Virus record (IMG/VR): IMGVR_UViG_3300017540_000011 | Span: 1-38,399 of that record | Length of the DNA: 38,399 nt | Direction: 5' to 3' (one strand) | Origin: a virus | Taxonomy: Duplodnaviria > Caudoviricetes | Part shown: positions 16,105 to 25,175 of the stretch, in pieces | How the letters are laid out: each line of letters starts with the position of its first letter | Numbering within the stretch: position 1 is the stretch's first letter | Program-made: the position numbers and the translations under genes | The notes under the pieces: generated by a model | The model's database searches: none | Seen by the model: the letters and a program-made list of their open reading frames with translations, nothing else | What the model was told of the DNA's origin: nothing

Positions 16105-17528
16105 CCAAGAAGACCAAGGCGCGCCCGGCCGTCGTGAAGGCCCGCGCGTTCGCCACGACCGCCCACGACCTCGAGCCCGCCCTGCAGCTGCGCATCGACC
16201 CGTCGCCCGCGGAATCGAGCGAGGCCGCGCAGACGCACGACGCCCGTGTACGCGTTCCCTGGCCCATCCCCGCGTCGCAGCTGATCGACTTCTACCTCGG
16301 GAACCCGTGGCTGGGCGCGATCGGTAACCTCCTCGCCGACGCCGTCAGCAGCGCGAAGTGGGACCTGGCCGCCCGCGACGTCGACACCGCCGGCCAGCCC
16401 CTCGACCGCGCCAGCGACTTCGACAAGGCCAGCGACGAGAACTACCGCCGCGCGAAGGCCTGGCTCTCACGCGAGACGATCGGCCGTGAGGGCGTCAGCG
16501 AGCTCGACCTGCCCGCCCTCCTCCGCGCCCTGTGCGTCGCGAACGACCAGACCGGCAACGTCTTCACCGAGGTCCTCCGCGACCAGGCGGGGCGGGAGCC
16601 GCTGCAGGTCAGCCACCTGCTGCCGCAGTTCGTCTGGTACGAGGCGCGAGAGTCAGGCCTCGTGCTGCGCCAGGAGGACCCGTTCGGGAAGCCGATCGAC
16701 TTCGTGCCGTTCGGCACCCGAGCGGTGGGCGAGAAGGACCGCCGCGAGTTCCTGCACCAGCGGCAGACGAACCTGGCGAGCAGCTTCTACGGCCTGCCCT
16801 CTTGGATCGCGTCGCGTGACAGCGTCGAGGTCGACAACCAGCACCGCAGGTACCTCAAGGGCTTCTTCAAGAACCACGGCACGCCCCGCTACCTCGTCAC
16901 CGTCACCGAGGACCCCACCTGGACGGGGCAGAAGCCGGGCGACGACGCCCTCGACGCCCTCTTCGAGCAGGTGAGGGGCTTCCTCGAGGCGAATCAGGGC
17001 GACATGGCCGGCCGCAACCTCATCCTCGAATACCCCGGCGGCATCACAGTCACTGCACAACCGCTCGACCACAAGCTCGAGGACCCGACCTTTCCGAACA
17101 CCGCCAAGCTCGCACGCGACGAGATCCTCGCCGTGCGGCACGTGTCCCTGATCAACCTGGGCCTGCCGGAGGGTGGGTACAGGGCGACGGCCGAGACCCA
17201 GGCGGACGACTTCGTTACGCAGGCGCTGATCCCGTTCGCGGCGCCGGCCGTGGCGGTCATCAACCGCATCCTCCACGCTCCCGCCCCCAGCGGGCTCGGG
17301 ATCACGGACTACGACTTCGAGCTGACGTTCGACGACGCAGAGCAGCTCCTGCGGAAGGTGGAGGCGCTCGTGAAGGCCGCCGGCGCGCCCATCCTCAGCC
17401 AGGCCGAGGCGCGGCAGGCGCTCGGGTACGAGCCGGCCGGCGAGACCAAGCCGCTGCTGCCGACGACGATGCTCCCCGCCGGTGACTTCGCCGCGGGCGG
17501 GCCCGATGCCACGCCGGCCGAGGACTAA
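16101..17528 (+). CDS. Portal protein
   Basis: Follows TerL; TGNVFTEVLRD, FYGLPSW, FFKNHGTP, RDEILAV, EARQALGYEP. Confidence 0.9.
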   Translation: MTKKTKARPAVVKARAFATTAHDLEPALQLRIDPSPAESSEAAQTHDARVRVPWPIPASQLIDFYLGNPWLGAIGNLLADAVSSAKWDLAARDVDTAGQPLDRASDFDKASDENYRRAKAWLSRETIGREGVSELDLPALLRALCVANDQTGNVFTEVLRDQAGREPLQVSHLLPQFVWYEARESGLVLRQEDPFGKPIDFVPFGTRAVGEKDRREFLHQRQTNLASSFYGLPSWIASRDSVEVDNQHRRYLKGFFKNHGTPRYLVTVTEDPTWTGQKPGDDALDALFEQVRGFLEANQGDMAGRNLILEYPGGITVTAQPLDHKLEDPTFPNTAKLARDEILAVRHVSLINLGLPEGGYRATAETQADDFVTQALIPFAAPAVAVINRILHAPAPSGLGITDYDFELTFDDAEQLLRKVEALVKAAGAPILSQAEARQALGYEPAGETKPLLPTTMLPAGDFAAGGPDATPAED

Positions 17529-18327
17529 CCCCCGCCTAGCGCGCGCCCGGCACCTGGCGCAGGTCGAGGCCGCCGTCAGGCGCCACGCGCCCGAGGTCTG
17601 GACCGCCACTCGCAGGCTGCACGCGAAGTGGCTGCGCGAGGCCCTGGCGGCCGCCCGGCCGCTCCTCGACAAGCTCGTCATCGAAGCCAGGCTGTACGAG
17701 CTCGAGGTCGAGTGGCTCGCCGGCGAGCTCGCCTGGCTCGGGTACGAAATCAGCCCCGACGAGCTGCGCGAACAGCCCGAGGTCGCGTGGACCCTCAGGC
17801 GCCTAGCCGAGCAGGCGCCTGCGTCCGCCGGGTTCCTCACGACCGACCCGCGTCGCGACACCCTCATCCGGGAGACCGTGCGAATCCTCGAGGACGACCT
17901 CAGCGTCTATTGGCGAAACCTCACCGACCCCGAGACGCTCGCCAGGCGCCTCGTGAACCTGAAGGCGGAGGGCGTCCCGTACGTCGAGGCCTCCAGGCAG
18001 GTCGCGCGTCAGTACGGCACGGAGTTCTACCGGGCCGAGCGCCTCGTCCGCTCGAGCTACAACAGCGCCTCGAACAACGCGCACAGCGCCGCGCTCGAGG
18101 AGGCCGGCTTCAAGCGGAAGCAATGGCTCACCAGCCGCGACGCTCGGGTGCGCCGGCCGCAGGGTCAGAGTCCCTTCGACCACGTAGCAGCCGAGGGCCA
18201 GAAGGTGCCGATCGACAAACCGTTCATCGTCAGCGGCGAGCCCCTCATGTACCCAGGGGACCGCAGTCGCGGCGCGTCCGCCGGGAACATCGTCAACTGC
18301 CGCTGCACCGTGATTGGAGTTGGCTAG
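17506..18327 (+). CDS. Head morphogenesis protein (Mu gpF / SPP1 gp7 family)
   Basis: KQWLTSRDARVR...DH, PF.VSGE.LMYPGD, NIVNCRC. Confidence 0.9.
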   Translation: MPRRPRTNPRLARARHLAQVEAAVRRHAPEVWTATRRLHAKWLREALAAARPLLDKLVIEARLYELEVEWLAGELAWLGYEISPDELREQPEVAWTLRRLAEQAPASAGFLTTDPRRDTLIRETVRILEDDLSVYWRNLTDPETLARRLVNLKAEGVPYVEASRQVARQYGTEFYRAERLVRSSYNSASNNAHSAALEEAGFKRKQWLTSRDARVRRPQGQSPFDHVAAEGQKVPIDKPFIVSGEPLMYPGDRSRGASAGNIVNCRCTVIGVG

Positions 18328-18337
18328 GGCACTGGAT

Positions 18338-18979
18338 TTATGTCGGCGACTCCGGCGTAGTCACGTATACATCGGCGCCCTCGAAGGCCCGCGTCACGAT
18401 CCAGGTCTGTTGGTGTAGGAGCGGCCCCGTAGGCGCGTAAAGATAGCGCACGGAAATCTCGGCTCGGTTGGTGGGAGGCGCCTTCTCCGGAAGCCGCTCG
18501 CCGAGATCGTTCTCCGTGTCGGAGTACCAGTTGGGGAAGGCATGAATCCAGGTCTCCTGCCCTGGGGCCAAGCCGGCTTGACGTGCGTGTCCCTTGATGG
18601 AGACAGGCTCGTCCGGATCTTGTTTCGCAGAGTTGAGCACAACGTATATCCAGACGTGGTGCCGGCTCAGGTTTACCAGGTTCAACTTTCCCTCGCTCCT
18701 GATGCCGTTCTCTGGTACCAGCAATAGGTTCGGTGTGAACTCCAACTCGAGTTGCTTTTGGAGCCCCTCTATCTGCTTCTCGCTTGCCCGTGCCATCTTG
18801 CTGGTCTCGTGGGTATACCGCCAAGTGACCCAGACCAATGCAGCTGTCAGGCCGATACTTGAGGCAACGTTCAAGCGGTTCAGGGTGTTGTCAGTGAAGC
18901 CCGGTACGAGCAGCACTGCCGCGATGAGACTTCCCACGGCGACCAGGCCCGCGACGGTCTTCCAGCCAATTGGACTCAT
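18338..18979 (-). CDS. Moron: membrane protein with two N-terminal TM helices
   Basis: Antisense to the late operon; lower GC; TM helices, short coiled coil, soluble domain. Confidence 0.75.
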   Translation of the reverse strand: MSPIGWKTVAGLVAVGSLIAAVLLVPGFTDNTLNRLNVASSIGLTAALVWVTWRYTHETSKMARASEKQIEGLQKQLELEFTPNLLLVPENGIRSEGKLNLVNLSRHHVWIYVVLNSAKQDPDEPVSIKGHARQAGLAPGQETWIHAFPNWYSDTENDLGERLPEKAPPTNRAEISVRYLYAPTGPLLHQQTWIVTRAFEGADVYVTTPESPT

Positions 18980-19008
18980 GAGAAACGATACGGCGGCTGA
19001 GTTGCCTC

Positions 19009-19037
19009 TGGACACGCCCGCTGTCAGCCTGTAGTCT
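19009..19037 (+). promoter_or_regulatory. Putative promoter for the capsid/tail operon
   Basis: TGGACA-17 nt-TAGTCT. Confidence 0.6.
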
Positions 19038-19049
19038 CGACATAGCTTC

Positions 19050-19096
19050 GGCCCTCCGGGCCGCGATTCGTCGCGAACCCGGAGGGCCTGTCTCTG
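19050..19096 (+). promoter_or_regulatory. SD-sequestering leader hairpin, copy 1
   Basis: GGCCCTCCGGG..CGCGA-TTCG-TCGCG..CCCGGAGGGCC; GGAGGG followed by 7 nt and an in-frame CTG. Confidence 0.75.
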
Positions 19097-21595
19097 TTCG
19101 GACGCCGTAACCACAACCTCCAGCGCCGCGCCGCGCCCGCCACAGCGGTGGGCGAGCCGCGCAGCGTCGACCTGACCGTCCGCGCCGGCGCCGGCGACAC
19201 CCTAATCCTCCGCGCCAGCAACGACACCGTCGTCGACCGGTACGGCACCGTCATCACCGCCGAGGCCCTCCTCAGGGACTGGTGGCCCGCCTACCAGCAG
19301 CACCGAACCGTCTCCCTCCAGCACAACCTGCCCCGGCTCCGCGAGATCGAAGGCCGGCCCATGGTCGGCCTCGCCACCCGCGTCGACTTCACCCCCCAGC
19401 TAGAGGTCGAGGTCAAGGTCCTCGACCAACGCACCCTCGACCTCGTCCGCGCCGGCAAGGTGCGCAGCGCCAGCCTCGAGTTCGTCCCCCTCGAGGTCGA
19501 ACGCCGCACCGTCGAGGGCAAACCGGCCGAGGTCTACCACCGCCTCTCCCCAGAGCCTGAACACGCCGGCCTGAGCCTCGTCGACGTGCCGGGCGTGCCC
19601 GGCGCCGACCTCCTCAACATCCGGACCCTACCCGCCCTTTGGGCGTTCGCCGTCGTCGACCCGAAGGTCCTGAACGGCGAGGTCACCGACCCCGACCTGG
19701 TGCGGCAGCTGGCGTGGCTGCCTCATCACGACGAACGCAGCCACGCCGTCGACGAGCAGCTGCTGGCCCGAGCGCTCGCCGACCTCGAAGCGGGCCGAGT
19801 CCACGTCCCAGCGCACGCCAGCCTCTCGCCGGCGCAGGTGCTGGAGAGAGCCCGCGCTCACCTCGAGCGACACACCAGCCTCCGCCTCGGCAGGAGGGCC
19901 GAGGCTGAGACCCCAAAGGAGGGGGAGATGAAGGACAAGTGGATCCAGGCTCGCGCCGCCCAGTACCAGGCGGAGGGCCTTAACGAGCAGGACGCCGCGG
20001 CCAAGGCCAAGGCGGACTACGACAAGCTGGCGCCCGACGTCAGGGCCAAGCTCGAGGGCAAGGCCACCGACCAGGCCACCGGCGACGACACCGAAGCCAA
20101 GGGGCTCCTCGCGCGCCTCTTCGGCGGCCGCGCGGCTGGTGGTGACGTGCACGTGCACCTCACCCAGCCCGCCCCCGATGCGCAGGTGCAGGCGCGCGCC
20201 GAGCGCGAGGCGAAGCCCGACCAGGACACAAAGGCCGAGGAGAAGCCGGCCGTCGGCCAGGCGCAGGCGCGCACCGCCCGCGACGAGTGGCTCGAGGCCC
20301 GAGCCGCGCTGCTCCAGGTCGAAGAGGGCCTCACGCCGGCGCAGGCGCGCACCGCCGCGCAGGAGCAGCTCGACGCCGACCTCGGCCTCCAGGCCAGGCT
20401 CGCCGCCGCTCCCGCCCCCACGGCCGCCGCCGGCGACGCCGTGGCGCACCTGCCGCCGGAGATCAGGGCGCTGCTCGCCCGGCCCGAGCAGCCCATGGCC
20501 GCCATCGCCTCGGGCCTGCGCGTCCGCAGCCCCAGGCTCGAGGGCGACCAGCTCCTCGCCGAGGTCCTCATGCGCACGGTCGTCCCGCAGGTCGGCCGCC
20601 AGCGCCCGTCGACCAGGCAGCTGACCGAGGCCTACAACATGCTCGCCGAGGCTGGCATCCACTCGCGCGCCCTCTCCATCGAGACCGACGGCACGGTCAT
20701 CCGTGAGGAGCTCGCGCGCCAGTTCGTGGTCAAGCCCGAGCCGGACGTCGTCTTCCGCAACCACATGCGGAGCGTGCCGATGGCCGGCGTCAAGAAGCAG
20801 ACCTTCCCCCGCTTCGACAGGGCCGGCATCACGCACGAGTGGGGCCGCACCTCGACCGACCCGATCACGGACAGCGAGCCCACGCTCGACACGTTCGACA
20901 TCGAGGTCAGCGAGCTGAACTCGAAGGTCGTCGTGCCCGACTCCTTCCAGATGTTCAACGCCCAGGGCATGTCCTTCGTGGCGCAGAACCTGCTCCCGGC
21001 CATGCGCGGCGCCGCCCAGTACGAGGAGGACCGGGCGTTCTTCATGAGCACCGGCACCGCCACGGACCCGGCCACGTTCAAGGGCCTCCGCAGCGTCACC
21101 GGCGTGACCAGCGTCAGCGCCAGCACGAACGGCGACGCCTTCGACCTCAGCATCCTCTCGAGCCTGCTGAGGGCGATGCCGGTCGCGTTCCGGTCCGACG
21201 TGGCCAGGCTCGCGTTCTACATGCCCATCAGCCTCGCCGACGACTTCGCCGAGATCATCAGCGAACGCGCCACCGTCCTCGGTGACCGCCTCCTGTCCGA
21301 GGCGAGCGGCGTCGGCCCGCGCGCCTTCGGCATGTACCGCGGCGTGCCCGTGTACGGGATCTCGCACCTGCCCAACAACGAGACCCAGGGTGGGTCGACG
21401 GACTGCGGCACGGTGTTCCTCGTGCACCGGGACATCCCGGTCATCGGTGACGCGCTCACCATCAGGATCGAGCCGTACCGGCGCGAGAACTTCATCGACG
21501 TACTGCAGCTGCAGGCGTGGGTGGGTCTCGGGTACCAGTTCCCGGCCGGCGTCGTGCGCCGCGTCGGCGTCCGTCCGCGCCTCCAGGGCGAGTGA
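19094..21595 (+). CDS. Fused prohead protease-scaffold-major capsid protein (HK97 fold); start CTG 19094 or GTG 19148
   Basis: VDRYGTVI, LQH, SASLEF, LSLVDVP protease motifs; helical middle region; C-terminal capsid (EEDRAFFM.TG, FKGL, YRGVPVY). Confidence 0.88.
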   Translation: MFGRRNHNLQRRAAPATAVGEPRSVDLTVRAGAGDTLILRASNDTVVDRYGTVITAEALLRDWWPAYQQHRTVSLQHNLPRLREIEGRPMVGLATRVDFTPQLEVEVKVLDQRTLDLVRAGKVRSASLEFVPLEVERRTVEGKPAEVYHRLSPEPEHAGLSLVDVPGVPGADLLNIRTLPALWAFAVVDPKVLNGEVTDPDLVRQLAWLPHHDERSHAVDEQLLARALADLEAGRVHVPAHASLSPAQVLERARAHLERHTSLRLGRRAEAETPKEGEMKDKWIQARAAQYQAEGLNEQDAAAKAKADYDKLAPDVRAKLEGKATDQATGDDTEAKGLLARLFGGRAAGGDVHVHLTQPAPDAQVQARAEREAKPDQDTKAEEKPAVGQAQARTARDEWLEARAALLQVEEGLTPAQARTAAQEQLDADLGLQARLAAAPAPTAAAGDAVAHLPPEIRALLARPEQPMAAIASGLRVRSPRLEGDQLLAEVLMRTVVPQVGRQRPSTRQLTEAYNMLAEAGIHSRALSIETDGTVIREELARQFVVKPEPDVVFRNHMRSVPMAGVKKQTFPRFDRAGITHEWGRTSTDPITDSEPTLDTFDIEVSELNSKVVVPDSFQMFNAQGMSFVAQNLLPAMRGAAQYEEDRAFFMSTGTATDPATFKGLRSVTGVTSVSASTNGDAFDLSILSSLLRAMPVAFRSDVARLAFYMPISLADDFAEIISERATVLGDRLLSEASGVGPRAFGMYRGVPVYGISHLPNNETQGGSTDCGTVFLVHRDIPVIGDALTIRIEPYRRENFIDVLQLQAWVGLGYQFPAGVVRRVGVRPRLQGE

Positions 21596-21598
21596 GCC

Positions 21599-22207
21599 AT
21601 GGCGAAGCCCAAGGCTCTGACCACCCAGGCCGGTAAGGGCGGGGCGGAGCTCCCAGAGATGGGGGCTCTGCTCCGGTTCCTGCAGGAGCGGTTCCTCGGC
21701 ATCGACTCGGGTGCGCCGGTCGCGGCCGTCGCCGGCGTCGCCGCGACCGGCACCATCACCATCGCCGACAACACGAAGGTCACCGCCGGCGACACGGTGA
21801 CGATCGGCGAGTCCACGGTCACCGCCGTCGCCAGCGACCCCGAAGAGGGCGAGTTCGAGATCGGCGCCAACGCCGGCGCCACCCGCGACAACCTCCTCGC
21901 CGCCCTCGAGGCCATAGCCGAAGCCGAGGGCGTGGCGGTGGCCCCGAGCAGCACCGCCGCGATCGCCGTCACCGCGCTCGCGAAGGGCACGGCCGGTAAC
22001 GACATCGCCCTCGCCGTCGAGCTCGACACGGAGGGTGGGATCACTCTCTCCGGGGCGAAGCTCACCGGCGGAGTGAACCAGGTGCTCGGCACCGTCGCGA
22101 AGGCCGGGACCATCCGCGTCGACGGCGCGACGGGCAAGGCCTACATCGCCGTCAAGGACACGACCGAGACGGACACCAGCGGCTGGAAGGAGATCACGCT
22201 GTCATGA
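21599..22207 (+). CDS. Putative head decoration / fibre protein
   Basis: After the capsid gene; beta-rich ATGTITIA...GDTVTIG, GTAGNDI, LTGG. Confidence 0.65.
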   Translation: MAKPKALTTQAGKGGAELPEMGALLRFLQERFLGIDSGAPVAAVAGVAATGTITIADNTKVTAGDTVTIGESTVTAVASDPEEGEFEIGANAGATRDNLLAALEAIAEAEGVAVAPSSTAAIAVTALAKGTAGNDIALAVELDTEGGITLSGAKLTGGVNQVLGTVAKAGTIRVDGATGKAYIAVKDTTETDTSGWKEITLS

Positions 22208-22479
22208 CCAAGGCCAAGAAGACCACGACGAAGAAGGCCAAGGCCGAGGCGGCGCCGGCCAGCGAACCGACCGTGGCCGCGCCCGTCGAGGCCGCCCCCG
22301 CGCCTGCGCCAGAGCCCGCAGCGCCGGCGATGGTCGCGTGCAGGCTCGGCCCGACGAGCAACGTCGGCCGCCTCATCGTCGGCCGGGTCGTGATCGAGCG
22401 AAACGTCACCGGCCGCATCCCCCGCGCCGAGTTCGAGCGCCTCAAGGCCGAGTACGGCCTCGTGGAGGTCGAGGAGTAG
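22204..22479 (+). CDS. Small hypothetical virion-region protein
   Basis: K/A/P-rich N-terminus; coupled. Confidence 0.65.
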   Translation: MTKAKKTTTKKAKAEAAPASEPTVAAPVEAAPAPAPEPAAPAMVACRLGPTSNVGRLIVGRVVIERNVTGRIPRAEFERLKAEYGLVEVEE

Positions 22480-22481
22480 CC

Positions 22482-23033
22482 ATGCCCTGGTTGGACGCGA
22501 CGGCGGTTCTGAAGCTCGCCGGGTACACGGCCGGGTCTCCGCTCTCTGCGGAGCACCAGGCCGCCGTCGCGTTCGCCGAGCAGGCCATCGCCCAACGCAC
22601 CGGCCTCGTCTGGGGTGAGACCCGGGGCGAGACCGTCACGGTCCGCCTGAACGCCGCCTCTTACCACCTGCGCCTGCCCAAGGACGTGCAGAGCGTCGAG
22701 GACGTCAGCCCAGCCATCGGCGCCAGCGAGCTCTTCGAGCTCGACGGCCACCTGCTGCAGCGCTTCGACAGCAGCTACGACCAGCTGGCCTGGAAGGCAG
22801 GCACGTACAGGGTCGAGGTCGTCCGCGGCATCAACGACGTGCCCCAGGCCGTCACGAGGGCCGCGGCGCTCCTCGCCGCCCACTACCTCAGCCTCGCCGA
22901 CCCCGAGCGCAGCCGCTACGACGGCGCGTCCCTGGGCGACTTCAGCGGCACCGAGCGGCGCGACGCCTTCCCGGTGCCCGCGGCTGAGCAGCTGCTCAGG
23001 CCGTGGATCACCAGCGTGGCGGTGGCCTCGTGA
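22482..23033 (+). CDS. Head-tail connector (adaptor)
   Basis: VPQAVTRAAALLAAH, AEQLLRPW; position; GAGGAG SD. Confidence 0.75.
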   Translation: MPWLDATAVLKLAGYTAGSPLSAEHQAAVAFAEQAIAQRTGLVWGETRGETVTVRLNAASYHLRLPKDVQSVEDVSPAIGASELFELDGHLLQRFDSSYDQLAWKAGTYRVEVVRGINDVPQAVTRAAALLAAHYLSLADPERSRYDGASLGDFSGTERRDAFPVPAAEQLLRPWITSVAVAS

Positions 23034-23341
23034 TCAACTGCGTCGTCACCGTCTACAAGGACGTCGACGTGCTCGACAACGGGCACCGCGGCGCCGCCGC
23101 GCCCCAGTCGACGCAGCTGTTCAAGGGCCCGGCCTATCTCGCGTCGCCCACGCGGAGCTGGGAGCGGCAGGCGGCGCTCGAGGGCGTGATCACCGGCGAC
23201 CTGCACGTCCACACGCACGTCAACCTCAACCCAGCCACGCGCGTGGTCGTCGCAGGCCACGACAGCGCCGGCGAGTACCAGGTGCTCGGCGCCGCCGTCA
23301 CCAGCCGCGAGTGGCGCCTGTCGCTGGGGAGGAGGCCCTGA
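23030..23341 (+). CDS. Head closure (stopper)-like protein
   Basis: Size, beta-rich composition and synteny. Confidence 0.6.
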   Translation: MINCVVTVYKDVDVLDNGHRGAAAPQSTQLFKGPAYLASPTRSWERQAALEGVITGDLHVHTHVNLNPATRVVVAGHDSAGEYQVLGAAVTSREWRLSLGRRP

Positions 23342-23961
23342 TGGCCGGCGTCAGTCGCAAGGTCATCCAGGAGATGCGCAGGCGTCACCAGGCGGGCCTG
23401 CACGCCGTCGCGGTCGAGCTCACCAGCCGCGCCAAGGTCGAAGCGACCAGGCATACGGACAACGGCACGCGCCGCAACAGCATCACGCAGTCGAAGGAGG
23501 TCGACGGCCGCACCGTCCTCTGGGGCATCCCGATCGGCGCCGCGCCGCACGCCCCGCACCTCGAGCTCGGCTTCCGTCCTCACTGGGTGCCGGCCAAGCA
23601 CATCGGCCTGTGGATGCAGCGTCACGGCGCCGGCATCCTCCGCAACGGCAGGCAGGTGCGCGGCAAGGTCGTGCACGGCCAGGCGCGCCGCAAGGTGAAC
23701 CTCCGCGCGCGCGGCACCAGCGTCGCATTGGGCCTATACGTCGGCGGGCCCGGCAGCAGCCTCCAGACGGCGCCGGGGGGTGCCACGGGCCGCATGTACC
23801 GCGGCCGGCGGTGGGTCACAGGGCACTGGCACACCAAGGGCGGCCGATCCGACTACCTCCGCGCCGGCACGGTCGGCCACCCCATCCTGCAGCCCGTCGG
23901 GGACAAGGCCGACTCGGTGCCGCTCGACGTGTTCGTGAGGGGGTGGGCGCGTGGCCGGTGA
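23341..23961 (+). CDS. HK97 gp10-like neck/tail-completion protein
   Basis: DNGTRRNSI, APHLELGFRPH, HPILQP; basic. Confidence 0.65.
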   Translation: MAGVSRKVIQEMRRRHQAGLHAVAVELTSRAKVEATRHTDNGTRRNSITQSKEVDGRTVLWGIPIGAAPHAPHLELGFRPHWVPAKHIGLWMQRHGAGILRNGRQVRGKVVHGQARRKVNLRARGTSVALGLYVGGPGSSLQTAPGGATGRMYRGRRWVTGHWHTKGGRSDYLRAGTVGHPILQPVGDKADSVPLDVFVRGWARGR

Positions 23962-24391
23962 CCGCGCGAGCGTGCTCCGGAGCGTGCACCAGCTCCTGGC
24001 CAAGCACGAGGGCCTGGTAGAGGTCCTCAGCCACGACCCGGACGCGGACACGGTCGAGGGCGGCGCCAGGATCCTCGGTGACGACGTCCGCCTCGACAGC
24101 CTGCCCCTGCCGTGCCTGGTGCTGACGTTCGACGGCGGCGACGGCCTCTCCCAGACCCGCGGCGACCTCACCTGGCAGCTCGCCGCGTACCTCTACGCAT
24201 CCACCGTCTACGAGGCCGCGGAGGTCCTCGACCAGCTCGAGGACGCAGCCGCCGTCTACTCGTACGACCAGGACCTCGACCAGCCGCTCAGCCGCTTCCG
24301 CGTGACCGGCCACGAGCGCCTAGACCCCGTCGGCCCCGCGCAACGCCTGCTGGCGTGGCGCGTGAACCTCGAAGCCACCTGGATCCCCTGA
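23951..24391 (+). CDS. Tail terminator-like protein
   Basis: Position before the tube gene; LPCLVL; acidic. Confidence 0.6.
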   Translation: MAGDRASVLRSVHQLLAKHEGLVEVLSHDPDADTVEGGARILGDDVRLDSLPLPCLVLTFDGGDGLSQTRGDLTWQLAAYLYASTVYEAAEVLDQLEDAAAVYSYDQDLDQPLSRFRVTGHERLDPVGPAQRLLAWRVNLEATWIP

Positions 24392-24401
24392 GGAGGGAAG
24401 T

Positions 24402-25175
24402 ATGTTCTCGGTAGTCAACGCCAACAAGGTCATGTTCAGCAAGGGCCTGCGCATGCTCGTCGGCGACGTCGACGCCGCCAAGGGCGCGTGCACGCCCGTC
24501 GGGCTGCTGGGCGAGAACGCCGTCTTCAACATCACGCCCACGTACCGGCAGAAGACCGACCGGTTCCCGGAAGTCGTCGTCGCCGAGGCCATCCAAGGCG
24601 TCACCGCGGAGACGCGCATCGTCCTCCGCGAGTGGACGACCGACAACCTCCGCCTCGCCCTCGGCCTGGGCGTGGACGACGTCACCGCCGTCGCCGGCTC
24701 CGAGGTGGTCGTCACCGACGAGGAGTACACGGTCGATGAGGACGGCCGCGTCTTCATCGACCGCACCGGCCTCAGCGACATCGTCGTCAAGGAAGGCGTG
24801 TCGACCACGCACGCGCTCGACACCGACTACGTCGTCATCGAGACCGCCACGCAGACGATCATCTTCGCCCTCGACGGCGGCGGCATCTCGCCGGCCGACG
24901 ACCTGAAGATCTCGTACAAGTACACGCCGGCCGCGCACCACGTCCTGCCCATCGGCAAGGCGTCGACGCCGAAGTACTACGGCATCTGGCTCGAGGAGGA
25001 GCTGACAGGCTCGCAGACGTCGAAGGCTGAGTTCCAGATCTACAAGGCGCGCATCGGCATCGACAACGGCTTCCAGCTCAACAACGCCGAGCAGGGCGGC
25101 GACATCCCGCTGGTGATCCAGGCCGTGCTGATGCCGGGGAAGACGGATCTCGGCAAGCTCTACAACTACGCGTGA
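24402..25175 (+). CDS. Major tail (tube) protein
   Basis: GGAGG SD; LREWTTDNLRLALG; IYKA; position before the chaperone and tape measure. Confidence 0.8.
   Translation: MFSVVNANKVMFSKGLRMLVGDVDAAKGACTPVGLLGENAVFNITPTYRQKTDRFPEVVVAEAIQGVTAETRIVLREWTTDNLRLALGLGVDDVTAVAGSEVVVTDEEYTVDEDGRVFIDRTGLSDIVVKEGVSTTHALDTDYVVIETATQTIIFALDGGGISPADDLKISYKYTPAAHHVLPIGKASTPKYYGIWLEEELTGSQTSKAEFQIYKARIGIDNGFQLNNAEQGGDIPLVIQAVLMPGKTDLGKLYNYA

Noticed and set aside
21599-22207. Contractile tail sheath gene
   Set aside because: Only 202 aa and placed right after the capsid gene; no baseplate wedge genes recognised.
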